Source: an uncultured archaeon
GTDB lineage: Archaea; Thermoproteota; Bathyarchaeia; Bathyarchaeales; Bathycorpusculaceae
Direction of reading: 5' to 3'
DNA length: 64,000 bases
NCBI GenBank assembly: GCA_963782915.1
Contig: CAWALK010000024.1
Location: 101,969-165,968, forward strand
The notes under the pieces were generated by a model. The model did not search any database and was not told the DNA's origin. It worked only from the letters and a program-made list of their open reading frames with translations. Below are positions 10,325-20,293 of this stretch, piece after piece (position 1 is the stretch's first letter; every line of letters starts with the position of its first letter). The translations under genes and the position numbers were made by a program.

Positions 10325-10450
10325 CAAATATTCCCCATTTGAGGTTTAGGCGTTGGGGGCTTAAAGGCTTTTTTTAGCTTGGCGCTTGCAATTGAAAGGT
10401 TTATTTGACTTTGATTATTCACTTATTTGTGCATATTTGAGGCTTACTTT

Positions 10451-11833
10451 ATGGAAGAATTCGATGTACTGGTCATTGGTTCTGGTTCGGGGATGCTTGT
10501 TGCTTCAGCCGCTGTTGAGGCAGGGTTTAAGGTTGCGTTGGTTGAAGGCGGCACGATGGGCGGCACCTGCATAAACGTTGGTTGCGTGCCGTCTAAGATG
10601 CTGATTCACCCCGCAGACTTAATCACCGGCATTGCGGAAGCAGAGAAACTCGGCATAAAAGCCACCGTCACACAAGTTGATTTCCAAAACATCATGAACC
10701 GCATGCACGCCCTCGTCACCCATGACACAAGCCACCAAGCCGCCGCAGTCCAAGCCACACCCGAAATGACCTGGTTCAAAGAAAAAGGCGAATTCATCTC
10801 AGACTACACCATGCAAGTCGGAGCCCACACCATAAAAGCCAAAGTCATCTACATCGCCTCAGGCGCACGCACCGCGTTGCCCCTAATCAAGGGCATAGAA
10901 GGCATCCAATACTTAACCAGCGACACCGTTTTGCAGCTTCAAACTCAGCCTAAAAGCATCATAATCGTCGGGGGCGGCTACATTGGGATGGAGTATGGGC
11001 ATTTCTTTTCGGCTATCGGCACCAAAACCACGGTTATACAACGGGCTGATCGGGTGCTGCCGGAGGAGGAGCCTGAAGTTTCGGATTTGCTCAGAAGCCA
11101 GATAGAGAAGCGCATGGAATTATTCACCGGGTATGAGGCGTTGGAAGTCAAGCAGGAAGGTTCAATGAAGACATTGGTTGCCCGAAACCGCGTGGATGGT
11201 TCTCAGAGGGAATTCACTGCGGAAGCATTCATGGTTGCTACGGGCAGAGTCTCAAACGCAGACTTACTCAAACCCGAAAAAACCGGCGTAAAACTCGACG
11301 AGCACGGCTTCATCCAAGTCAACGAATACCTTGAAACCAGCAAAAAACACATCTACGCCTTTGGCGACGCCATCGGCAAACAAATGTTCAAACACTCAGC
11401 CAACTATGAAGCCGGCGTCGTCTGGCACAACAGCACCCATGACCACAAGTTACCCATGGACTTCTCCGCGACGCCCCACGGAGTTTTTACATATCCGCAG
11501 ATTGCCGCTGTTGGATTGAAAGAGGAGGAAGCAAAGAAGCACTACAATATCCTGATTGGCAAAGCATTCTACAGAGATACAGCTATGGGAGCCGCCATGG
11601 GTAATCCTGAAGGCTTCGTAAAAGTCATCGTTGAAAAAGAAACCGGCAAAATCTTGGGTGCCCACATCATCGGACCCGAAGCAGTCTTACTGATCCAGGA
11701 AATCACTGATGCCATGGTAACACCGCCAGGCGATTATGGACCCATCGCACGAGGCATGCATATTCACCCGGCGCTCAATGAAGTGGTGCAGAACGCTTTT
11801 GGGGCGCTCCAAGACCCTGAACATCACCACTAA
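10451..11833 (+). CDS. Class I pyridine nucleotide-disulfide oxidoreductase (dihydrolipoyl dehydrogenase / mycothione reductase-like)
   Basis: GSGSG FAD loop, GGTCINVGCVPSK redox disulfide, GGGYIGME, HIHPALNE. Confidence 0.9.
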   Translation: MEEFDVLVIGSGSGMLVASAAVEAGFKVALVEGGTMGGTCINVGCVPSKMLIHPADLITGIAEAEKLGIKATVTQVDFQNIMNRMHALVTHDTSHQAAAVQATPEMTWFKEKGEFISDYTMQVGAHTIKAKVIYIASGARTALPLIKGIEGIQYLTSDTVLQLQTQPKSIIIVGGGYIGMEYGHFFSAIGTKTTVIQRADRVLPEEEPEVSDLLRSQIEKRMELFTGYEALEVKQEGSMKTLVARNRVDGSQREFTAEAFMVATGRVSNADLLKPEKTGVKLDEHGFIQVNEYLETSKKHIYAFGDAIGKQMFKHSANYEAGVVWHNSTHDHKLPMDFSATPHGVFTYPQIAAVGLKEEEAKKHYNILIGKAFYRDTAMGAAMGNPEGFVKVIVEKETGKILGAHIIGPEAVLLIQEITDAMVTPPGDYGPIARGMHIHPALNEVVQNAFGALQDPEHHH

Positions 11834-11900
11834 CCCAGATTTCGGCCATTTCAAAAACAGTTATATCTGCCATTAACAAAATCTTAGATAGTGATTTTTT

Positions 11901-12185
11901 ATGCAATTCTCAAAGGTTTCTGGAAAGAAAAACGACCACAAAGTAACCGTTTTCGCACTATCCACCTGTGTCTGGTGCAAACTAACCAAACAGTTCCTAA
12001 GCGACAACGGAGTCGCCTACGAATTCGTCGACGTCGACCTACTCGATGACAACGACAAAAGCAAAGTTCACGAAACCATAGAAAGCAAAGGAGGCAGCCT
12101 CAGCTACCCAACCACCATCGTGGATGACAAAACCGTCATCACTGGCTTTCGCAAGGACCAGCTGAAAGAGGTTCTGGGCGTTTGA
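11901..12185 (+). CDS. Glutaredoxin-like protein
   Basis: STCVWCK active site, SYPT, ITGF. Confidence 0.88.
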   Translation: MQFSKVSGKKNDHKVTVFALSTCVWCKLTKQFLSDNGVAYEFVDVDLLDDNDKSKVHETIESKGGSLSYPTTIVDDKTVITGFRKDQLKEVLGV

Positions 12186-12749
12186 CCCTAACCATCGACT
12201 TTGTGCGCAAACGTGCTGAAGCAGACGCAAAAACCTACGGCTACTACCTGACACCCCAGCAAGACCTGCTACAGATGTTTTTGGAGGGCTTGAAGACCAA
12301 TGAGGAACGCTACGGTTACCCCTCCTGCCCATGCCGTTTAGCCACGGGCAAATTGGATTTGGACCGGGACATCATCTGCCCCTGCGACTACCGCGACCCC
12401 GATGTAGCCCAATACGGCGCATGCTACTGCCGACTTATACGTCAACAAAGCCGTCTATGAAAGCCAAAACTTACCCGAAGTCCCAGAACGCCGACCTATA
12501 GAGAAACAGCAACGAGCATACGGCACCTCAGACAAGGGAGCACAAGCAACGCCAGCTCAGACGCAGGGAGCACCCGAACAACCCAAAACACAACCCCGAA
12601 CAGAGCCAACAGTTAAGAAGAAGCTTTGGTACTGCAAACAATGCGGCTACGTAGTTTACCGGGAAGATCCACCATACATTTGCCCAATTTGCAAGGCGAA
12701 ACGGGAAATGTTTGCGGAGGTAGAAGCAAAAGTGGAGTTTAAGGGTTAA
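12182..12749 (+). CDS. Ferredoxin:thioredoxin/disulfide reductase catalytic subunit fused to C-terminal rubredoxin-like domain; frameshift near 12436
   Basis: CPC...CPC...CYC motifs; shifted frame continues YVNKAVYESQ...WYCKQCGY...CPICKAK...FKG* to 12749. Confidence 0.88.
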
Positions 12750-12899
12750 TTATCGTTCTATTTTTATTTCGATTTTTTTCCATTCTTCACCGACGCCATG
12801 AAGGGTTGTTACTGCGCCCGTTATGGTTCCGGCGAGGATGCTTTCGACAAATTCGTTTATTGGAATTTCTTTTCCATCCACTTGTAACTTTACAGCCAA
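12750..12899 (-). CDS. Small conserved-looking hypothetical protein (49 aa)
   Basis: MAVKLQVDGKEIPINEFVESILAGTITGAVTTLHGVGEEWKKIEIKIER*; AGGTGG RBS; resembles the C-terminal extension of some MobB proteins. Confidence 0.65.
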   Translation of the reverse strand: MAVKLQVDGKEIPINEFVESILAGTITGAVTTLHGVGEEWKKIEIKIER

Positions 12900-12978
12900 C
12901 TTTTCCACCTTTGCTTTTTAGGGATGGCGGGGCGGGGCAAAAAGGTTGCCCCAAAATTGGCAGAAACCAGTTTGGCGC

Positions 12979-13113
12979 CTAAAAGCGCCTTAAATTATTT
13001 TTAGTGCGGTCCTCGAACTGCAGTGTTTTCCTTTTCTCTATGGTGTATTTGGCGAATGCAACTGCAAGCGAGCTTACACCGAAGACTTCAACGCCTAAAG
13101 CTACTAAGTCCAT
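12979..13113 (-). CDS. Single-pass membrane microprotein (44 aa)
   Basis: MDLVALGVEVFGVSSLAVAFAKYTIEKRK...; AGGTGA RBS. Confidence 0.5.
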   Translation of the reverse strand: MDLVALGVEVFGVSSLAVAFAKYTIEKRKTLQFEDRTKNNLRRF

Positions 13114-13139
13114 ACATTGTCACCTTTATGCTGCGGGGC

Positions 13140-13268
13140 TTAGTGAGTCCTGTTGTGGTTTAGGTTGGCACTTGCTGTGCTGACTTTCTTCGCTAAATAT
13201 ATCTCACTTGCGAAGGAACCCACCGCCGCTGCGATGAGACCTAAACCGACTAATATTGCGCTTATCAT
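13140..13268 (-). CDS. Single-pass membrane microprotein (42 aa)
   Basis: MISAILVGLGLIAAAVGSFASEIYLAKK...; AGGTGA RBS and TTTATATT TATA box upstream. Confidence 0.55.
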   Translation of the reverse strand: MISAILVGLGLIAAAVGSFASEIYLAKKVSTASANLNHNRTH

Positions 13269-13395
13269 TTGTGTTCACCTTTTTGGTTAACACCACTATA
13301 ACTGTCCAACTAAATATAAAGATAGTTAAGATATGTTCATAACAATTAAGAAAAAATAGATAAATGGCAAACAAAGCAACTGCTTTGCTGGACAG

Positions 13396-13953
13396 TTAAA
13401 CCCTGCCAGCAGCAGGTTTAAGGATAACCCGCAGCTTAGTAAGGTTCTCTTTAATCTCAACCTTCACACCCATAGCCGCAAAGTACTCCTCAAGAAAAAT
13501 CCGAATGAAATCCTTGGAAATCTCCGAAACCAATACTAACGTGAAATCGTTGGGGGCGTTTCGTATTAGGCGGTAAAAGTTGCAGGATTCAAGCCGACTC
13601 AGCATGTCCTCGGTAGAGTGGACTTTGGTTTTTAGTTGTTCCCAATGGGTTCGGGCGAGTTCGCGGTGTTCCTTCCAGAACTGCTCTTTCTGGGGTGACG
13701 ATTCGATTAGGCGCAGAAACATTAGCCAGTGGTCTACGTCGACGATGACGTGTTCGCCGCTTAGCAGCATGTCAAGGTAGGAGTGGACTTTCTTCTTGGT
13801 CACTGGGTCGTCGAGGGCTTTGTTTTCGCTGTAGAATTTGAGTGCTCGACGCATGGTTTCGCTTTGCGATACTTCTGCGTCTTTGCTCATTTTTTCTAGC
13901 AGGTCGGCTGTGGGTTTGTCGAAGGCTACTGTTACTCGTGTGGGGTTTGTCAT
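13396..13953 (-). CDS. CopG/ribbon-helix-helix transcriptional regulator with C-terminal ligand-binding-like domain
   Basis: RVTVAFD...SQSETMRRALKFY RHH pattern; LLSGEHVIVDVDHW. Confidence 0.8.
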   Translation of the reverse strand: MTNPTRVTVAFDKPTADLLEKMSKDAEVSQSETMRRALKFYSENKALDDPVTKKKVHSYLDMLLSGEHVIVDVDHWLMFLRLIESSPQKEQFWKEHRELARTHWEQLKTKVHSTEDMLSRLESCNFYRLIRNAPNDFTLVLVSEISKDFIRIFLEEYFAAMGVKVEIKENLTKLRVILKPAAGRV

Positions 13954-14162
13954 GTTTCCACTCAACAACTATTTGACAGCTTTTCAAGTTAATGGAAATT
14001 ATATAAACATTACGCAGGCAATGTAACGCTACGGCTTACGAGTTTGCATTTTTTTTATCTATTGTTACACATATGTTTAATTATTCAATGCGGGAGCGCT
14101 CAAAAACTCTAAATGCCACACCCAACCTAAACATATCAACAACACTTCGAAGGAGAACCGCT

Positions 14163-14822
14163 ATGGGAAAACCCGAAATCTACCTTGAACCCAAAACACG
14201 AGACGCCAAAATCATCGAATTACTCGAAAAACTCTACCCAACCGCCAAAACCGCCCTAAACTACAATAGCCCACTCGAAATCCTCGTCGCAACCATGCTC
14301 TCAGCCCAAACAACCGATGTAAGAGTCAACATAGTCACCCAGACACTGTTCAAAAAATATCATAGCGCCAAAGACTACGCAGACGCCGACATAAAAGAAC
14401 TCGAAGTGGATATCCATTCAACAGGGTTTTACCACAATAAAGCCAAGAACCTCAAAGCATGCTGCCAACTGCTCGTCGAAAAATTCCACGGAGAAGTACC
14501 CAAAACCATGGAGGAGTTGATTGAACTGCCGGGAGTGGCAAGAAAAACCGCCAACATCGTACTCTACAACGCCTATGGATTAACCGCAGGCATCGCAGTG
14601 GACACCCACGTTATGAGACTTTCACAGCGGCTTGGCTTAACAGAGTCTAAGGACCAGAATAAGATAGAACAGGACCTCATGGCTATAACGCCAAAGGAGA
14701 AATGGATGCCACTCACCGATTTGCTGATTTTCCACGGCAGACAGGTCTGCACGGCAAAGAAGCCCAGATGCGACATCTGTGTACTCAACAAAATCTGCCC
14801 CTCAGCCTTCTGCTTCGACTGA
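14163..14822 (+). CDS. nth: Endonuclease III
   Basis: LSAQTTD, LPGVARKTAN, AVDTHV, C-x6-C-x2-C-x5-C FCL motif. Confidence 0.96.
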   Translation: MGKPEIYLEPKTRDAKIIELLEKLYPTAKTALNYNSPLEILVATMLSAQTTDVRVNIVTQTLFKKYHSAKDYADADIKELEVDIHSTGFYHNKAKNLKACCQLLVEKFHGEVPKTMEELIELPGVARKTANIVLYNAYGLTAGIAVDTHVMRLSQRLGLTESKDQNKIEQDLMAITPKEKWMPLTDLLIFHGRQVCTAKKPRCDICVLNKICPSAFCFD

Positions 14823-14876
14823 GCATTAGCCATTTATACAGCGCTCAACTTTCTTTTTTGTTGAGGACTAATTTTT

Positions 14877-15353
14877 ATGGTAAACATTAAAGTTGGAGAT
14901 AAAGCGCCAGACTTCACTTTGCCCGATGTGGATATGAAGCCTCGGAGTTTGCACGAGTTTTTGGGGCAAAAAGTTGTTTTAGCATTCTTTGTGGGAGCAT
15001 TCACTTCAACCTGCACAATGGAGGTGTGTGCTTTTCGAGATTCTATGGATCGATTAACAGACTTGCACGCCCAAGTGATCGGCATCAGCGTCAATGACCC
15101 ATTCTCAAACAAGGGTTTTGCAGAAAAAAATATTTTACCGTACCCAATCCTAAGCGACTACAAACGAGAAGTAATCAAGCGGTATGGGTTGGAGATGGAT
15201 GATTTTGCGGGTTAGAGGGTTACACAGTGGCGAAACGTTCAATTTTCATCCTGGACCAAGAAGGCGTTATACGTTACATGTGGGTGTCTGATAATCCAGC
15301 GGTTGAGCCTAACTATGAGTGAGATACAGGAAGCCTTAGCCCAAATCACTTAG
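14877..15353 (+). CDS. Peroxiredoxin (BCP/PrxQ-like); frameshifts near 15213 and 15320
   Basis: [22 protein letters not shown]; shifted frame gives [33 protein letters not shown]. Confidence 0.88.
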
Positions 15354-15411
15354 GCAACTGCTTTTTCTTCGGCTGCACCATTTGGGGTGTTATTGGCGGT
15401 TCCTTTGTACT

Positions 15412-16490
15412 TTTAAAACTACAACTAAGACAACAACTGCTATTGCAACAATCCGCCTATCGAAAGCTACGACGAAAATTAGCAGCATAATGCACGCTGA
15501 AAAAGATGGGAATAGTGGGAGGTGTCAGTTACGATGAGTTGGAGCAATAGGAATAGGGACTTAGAAAAAGGTTTAAATAACGAATACTATCGCCGTCTTT
15601 GGCCCAGAGTTTAAGCTTCAAGACCCTGCATAATTGGGCATCTGGCATATTGCTGATGTTTAACCAAACATGCCAGTAAGGATACAACGATGTTGTTTTC
15701 TTTAACTGGCACTTTCTGAATATGCGGCATAGACACCTGAAACATTTAAGTTTGAAGATTGAGGTTCGGGTTCCATTCGGAAAGGTTGTGTTATATCGGT
15801 AAGTTTTTCACGTAATCTTGAGCTATGGGGATGGCTTGTTCTTTTGAAAGGTTGATGGTGGTGTCGCCGGTTTTTTGGTAAACTCGGCTGTCACGGAACA
15901 ACAAATTCACTAGTACCTGAGCTGTTGCCGAAAGAAATACGGATTCCAGCATAGTCTACGCCGTTAAAGTAGTCGTAGAAGCTGTATTCTGTGAAAGTAT
16001 CCTTAACTAGAATATGCAATGCAAGGTCGCCGGAGACTTGGGTTCCATTCTTTTCGGAGCCGACCTTCTGGAGTAGAGTCACCATTTTCGAGACCTGATG
16101 GGTCGTTTGTCCAAGTTTGGTACCGTTGGAGAATGCCTAATGTGGCGTTATAGCGGTCTGATGGCTGGGTTAGAGTATAGGAAATTACCGGCACCATACA
16201 GGTTGCAGTTTCCCAACGTTCCGTTGTAGAAGCTAAAGTACACAATCACCGGGTTACCAGAACGGAAAATAGCTGGAGTTTACAGCATTAAGGTCTAAGA
16301 TTGCGATTTCCATAGCGGTCTGACTCTTGGTTCGGTGAAACTTTGTAGGTTGCCATGTCAAGTTGTAGAACATCACGTGAGAAACGACACTGCCTTATCC
16401 TCTACTTGAGGTTGTTTGGGCTTGAGGTCTTTTGGCAATACAAGCGGAATAGCTATTAAAACGAACAAGCGCAAAAACAAGGATTTTCAT
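15412..16490 (-). pseudogene. Heavily frameshifted secreted/membrane-anchored protein (pseudogene or low-quality sequence)
   Basis: Consecutive protein-like fragments in changing frames (15891-16085, 16003-16245) with hydrophobic ends; boundaries approximate. Confidence 0.45.
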
Positions 16491-17048
16491 CCAAGAGAGC
16501 GATTTAACTCTAACAGGATAGGATGTCACAAGCGGCACACGGTTTTCTTGTATGTTCACTTGAGCATTTTAAGGTTTTAAGAAATAATAGGATTGGTAAG
16601 TTACTTAGCACTGTTAATCTTTATCAGTAGATCAAAAATTTTGTCTACCATGATGGGGATTGTGTGTTCAGGTTTTTGGTTTGTTGGAAGCCTATCGTGC
16701 ACGCCTTATTGCTGCGAACATTCCTTGCTCAACGTATCTTCACATCCACACCGCGGCGCTTCGACATAGAATATGTATATTATGTGAAGAAAAACCAATA
16801 TCCCACACCCAAACAGACGCTAAATCACGTTGCAATAACAAAACAGAACCCGCTACTCAAACAGACGTATGGAAATTCAAAACCGCCACACCCACGTAAA
16901 GACAAAAAACAAAACCCCACGAACTCTAAAATTTCTAATCACTGATAAATAGGGAAGTGAGGGCAGTACCAAAGCAACAGCTTGCGCACCAAAAAGTTAT
17001 TAGTTTCCCGACAGGATAAATTGAGTAGTCATTTAACGGTGTTTTTTA

Positions 17049-17913
17049 GTGTCTTTTGAAATCCAAGAGTTACCCGACGTTATCCGAGTTATTGTGCTGT
17101 TGAACCTTAGCAAAGGCGTTAAAATCAAAAAAGTCAACGCTGAAAAACAGAATCGACCGCGTCTGCGTCAGCTATGCCTGCGTCGACTTAGCGGAACTTG
17201 ACAAGGCATTAAGGGAAATGTCGGCTGAGAAACTCATCGAGGAAAAAGGCGAATATGTCCAGTTAACACCCCAGGGGCAGAAGCTGGGCAAAGAATGGGA
17301 AAGCCTGCTGCTCAAAAAAGAGCCAATTATGGAAGTCGTTGCGGGCTTGGTTGATGGCTCCATAACAAGCTTAGTAGTCACCCTCTCAGCATTCATAGCC
17401 ACATTAACCCAAACCTCAACTTTCCTATCTAATCAGGCGACAATAATCTTCGCAGCCTTCCTCACACTAAGCGCAGTCGCCATCACAAACTTCTCCAGCT
17501 TCCTTCTGGGCGGAATCACGGAAGATTTAGCGGACATCATGACTCTGCAGAACCTGATGAATTACAGCTTAAGCGACATCCCCGACAAAAAAGAACGCGA
17601 CAAATCGCTACTGCTAGTTCAGAAGCTATTTACAGTGTTGGGCAAGGAGATTCACCGTTCAAACCTCTACGCAGCCATCATCTGCGGCGTCACAACCTTC
17701 ATAGCAGGCATAATCCCAATAGCAGCATACCTTCTTTTGCCACCGTACATCAACATTGTAGTATCGTTGGTACTGGTCAGCGCGATAGTGGGCATCTTCC
17801 TTGTCCGTTACCGCTCCAAAAAAACTCGAGTTAACTGGAAAGTAACGCTTGCAGAAACCTTAGCCATCGTCATAATCGCCACTGTGGCTTCGCTGATACT
17901 TGGCGCAGCATAA
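17049..17913 (+). CDS. VIT1/CCC1-like membrane protein with N-terminal winged-helix-like domain; frameshift near 17133
   Basis: GLVDG motif and ~5 TM helices, FIAGIIP; N-terminus ends in EKLIEEKGEYVQLTPQGQKL wing motif. Confidence 0.72.
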
Positions 17914-17916
17914 TCC

Positions 17917-18342
17917 TTAACGTCGGTGGAGATGCTCTTTCATAAGGCACTTATCCATAACGACGGTTAAGCCAGCTTGCCTTGCCGCTTCAGCCGCCGC
18001 CTCATTTATGATCCCCAGTTGCATCCAAACCACCAAGGGACGCCCAACAGCCCGCTTCAATTGGATAGCTTGCTCGACAATTGGGGGAACATCCTCGCTT
18101 TTACGGAAAATATCAACCACATCTATGGTCTTCTGTATCTCAAGTGGGATGTCGAGTAGGCTTTTGTAGCTTTTTTCGCCGAAAACTTCCTTAATGGTGG
18201 GGTTCACGGGGATTATGCAGTAGCCATGCTGTTTTAGGTAAGCAGCAACCCGATGGCTGGGTTTGCCTAACTGGTCGGATAAGCCGACGATTGCGACTAC
18301 TTTGCATTTGTTTAGGATTTCAGTTACTTCTTTTTCACTCAA
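17917..18342 (-). CDS. CoA-binding protein (YccU-like)
   Basis: VAIVGLS, IIPVNP, DVVDIFR, VWMQLGI, VVMDKC. Confidence 0.92.
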   Translation of the reverse strand: MSEKEVTEILNKCKVVAIVGLSDQLGKPSHRVAAYLKQHGYCIIPVNPTIKEVFGEKSYKSLLDIPLEIQKTIDVVDIFRKSEDVPPIVEQAIQLKRAVGRPLVVWMQLGIINEAAAEAARQAGLTVVMDKCLMKEHLHRR

Positions 18343-18359
18343 ACTTTTTCGCCTCGTCT

Positions 18360-19292
18360 CTATGGGGCTTCGCTGAGCTTCAAATCAAAGAAATGTTCCC
18401 TGCCATTACGCACAGCAAAGACTCTTACCATTTCGCCGACTCTGTGCTTATGAACTTCTGCCACTAAATCTTCGATGGTTCGAATTTGCAGGTTGCCGAC
18501 TTGCAGGATTATGTCGCCGTCTGCCATGCCTGCGGCTTCTGCGGGGCTGCCAAAAGCAACCTTCGTCACCAAAACGCCATGTTCGACTGGTAAGCTATAG
18601 TAGCGGGCGATTTGAAGCGTTAATGTTAAACCGACTATGCCCAGCCACGGCTTCTGCAGGGTGCCCGTGGTTGTGATTTCCTTGGTTATATTTTTGGCTG
18701 AGTTGATTGGGATGGCGAATCCGATGCCCTGAGCATATGGGATAATGGCAGTGTTGATGGCGACGACGTTGCCGTTCATGTCTACGAGGGGTCCGCCACT
18801 GTTACCTGGGTTGATGGCTGCGTCTGTTTGTACAAGGTTTTCGATTAAGCCGCGGTCGGATTCGATGGTACGGTTTATGGCGCTGACTACGCCGCTGGTT
18901 ACGCTGGGACCACCCGCTAAACCGAATGGGTTGCCGATGGCGTAGACTCTTTGACCCACGCGGAGTTTATCGGAGTCTCCCATTTGGGCGGATTGGAGGT
19001 CTTTGGCTTGGACTTTTATAACTGCAATGTCTTGGGTGGCGCTTGAACCCGCGATGGTGCCTTCCACGACTTGGTTGTTGTAGAGCGTTACGTTGATTTT
19101 TTCCGCTCCAGCAACCACATGGTTGTTGGTTAGGATTAAGCCGTCGTTGTTGATGATTGTGCCTGAGCCCATGCCGCCGACTGGTACGGCTTGGTAGAAG
19201 ATGTTGTGGATGAGTTTGACGGTGGATATGTTGACTACGCTTTTGCTGGCTTTCTCGATTATGTCTAGGACTGTGTTCTCATCGTATGACAA
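18360..19292 (-). CDS. HtrA/DegP-family serine protease with PDZ domain (no signal peptide)
   Basis: TNNHVV, DIAVIK, QTDAAINPGNSGGPL, C-terminal PDZ. Confidence 0.94.
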   Translation of the reverse strand: MSYDENTVLDIIEKASKSVVNISTVKLIHNIFYQAVPVGGMGSGTIINNDGLILTNNHVVAGAEKINVTLYNNQVVEGTIAGSSATQDIAVIKVQAKDLQSAQMGDSDKLRVGQRVYAIGNPFGLAGGPSVTSGVVSAINRTIESDRGLIENLVQTDAAINPGNSGGPLVDMNGNVVAINTAIIPYAQGIGFAIPINSAKNITKEITTTGTLQKPWLGIVGLTLTLQIARYYSLPVEHGVLVTKVAFGSPAEAAGMADGDIILQVGNLQIRTIEDLVAEVHKHRVGEMVRVFAVRNGREHFFDLKLSEAP

Positions 19293-19353
19293 GGCAGGGT
19301 TTCCTCAAAAAAGGAGGAACAGCGGTTTTAATAAATCTTGCAAAGCATTGGGG

Positions 19354-19435
19354 CTTGTTTTTCTAGTAGTAGATAATGGCAAGAGCTCCCTTACTCATCT
19401 TCTTCCAGCGGGCTTTGCTGAGGCGTCTGTTTTGT
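19354..19435 (+). repeat. Diverged ~80-bp dispersed repeat, copy 1 (copy 2 at 48779-48857)
   Basis: Shared AGTAGATAATGGCA.GAG..CCCTTACTC...CGGGCTT.GCT..GGCG.CTGTTTTGT. Confidence 0.7.
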
Positions 19436-19517
19436 GGTCTGCGTTTGGTTCGGGTTGCAGGCGGGTTATGGCGTATTCCTCAAGTAGATCTATGAAATGG
19501 CTGATTCTTTGAGAACC

Positions 19518-19709
19518 TCAGCCTAGCAAACGACGCTCCGCCCTACGCAGATGAACCGCCAAAGTTGAACTCGCCAAACCCAGCTTTCCCGCAAGCACAT
19601 CAACACTCACCTTACGAGGCGTATCAAAATAACCAAGCCTAAAAGCCAACACAATAGCATCCTGATGCTTCACCGTCAACCAACTAATAGGCGAAGTAGG
19701 CCCAAACAA
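19518..19709 (-). pseudogene. Isolated bacterio-opsin-activator-type HTH (HTH_10) fragment
   Basis: LT...Q...LAFRLGYFDTPRKVSVDVLAGKLGLASSTLAVHLRRAERRLL; no N-terminal sensor domain. Confidence 0.7.
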
Positions 19710-19725
19710 AGCCTAAAGGTGGAAA

Positions 19726-20118
19726 TTAGAGATCGCTTTTTTCGCGGCAGAAGAAGCATTTCTCCGCCCATTCACGGGGCATCTCCGTTTGGCATTTGGG
19801 GCACATTAAGCCTTTTTCGCGGATGGTTGTGCAGGTTTTGCAGAATAACTCGAGTACCTTTGCCTTGTTTTGGGGTTCCTTGATGAGGGAAACCACCATT
19901 TCATCGATGAGAGCTAGCACGTCGGCGGTGTTTTCGATGGCGACGAGGTTGTGGCCTCTTTCTCTGCCGACATAGCGGCTAACTGCGGATTGTGATAGGC
20001 CGAGGAGGTCGGCGGTTTGTTTTTCGTTGTAGCCATGTTTTTCGACTATGGAGCGTGCCATTATGGCTTTGACTGCTGGCAGCACTGTTTTAACTCCGAC
20101 TTCGCATGGTAGTATCAA
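19726..20118 (-). CDS. Predicted HTH transcriptional regulator with Cys-rich C-terminus
   Basis: LPCE...LP, TADLLGLSQSAVSRY...RG; CKTC, CPKC, CFFC. Confidence 0.82.
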   Translation of the reverse strand: MILPCEVGVKTVLPAVKAIMARSIVEKHGYNEKQTADLLGLSQSAVSRYVGRERGHNLVAIENTADVLALIDEMVVSLIKEPQNKAKVLELFCKTCTTIREKGLMCPKCQTEMPREWAEKCFFCREKSDL

Positions 20119-20162
20119 ATTTACACCCGAATACTGTATTTTGGTGGGATAAGTTATTTAAG

Positions 20163-20197
20163 TATGACGGCTGTCATAAACTATGACGCGTGTCAAG
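20163..20197. promoter_or_regulatory. Tandem inverted repeats TATGAC-N4-GTCATA and TATGAC-N4-GTCAAG between divergent regulators
   Basis: 20163-20178 and 20182-20197, adjacent to the CTTAAATA TATA box of the leftward gene. Confidence 0.6.
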
Positions 20198-20293
20198 ACG
20201 GGCTATCACATCCGCAATTTACAAAGCAGTTTACAATCAACCTCTAATCTCCTTAACCGTCTTGGCACACGCCCTAATAGGAGAATAAAACAA

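Noticed and set aside
15207-15240. In-frame TAG in the peroxiredoxin as pyrrolysine or read-through
   Set aside because: Homology continues in a different frame (GYTVAKRS), so it is a missing base, not a recoded stop
16660-16945. Two overlapping short ORFs
   Set aside because: No recognisable motif or RBS, beside a degraded region; cannot be supported
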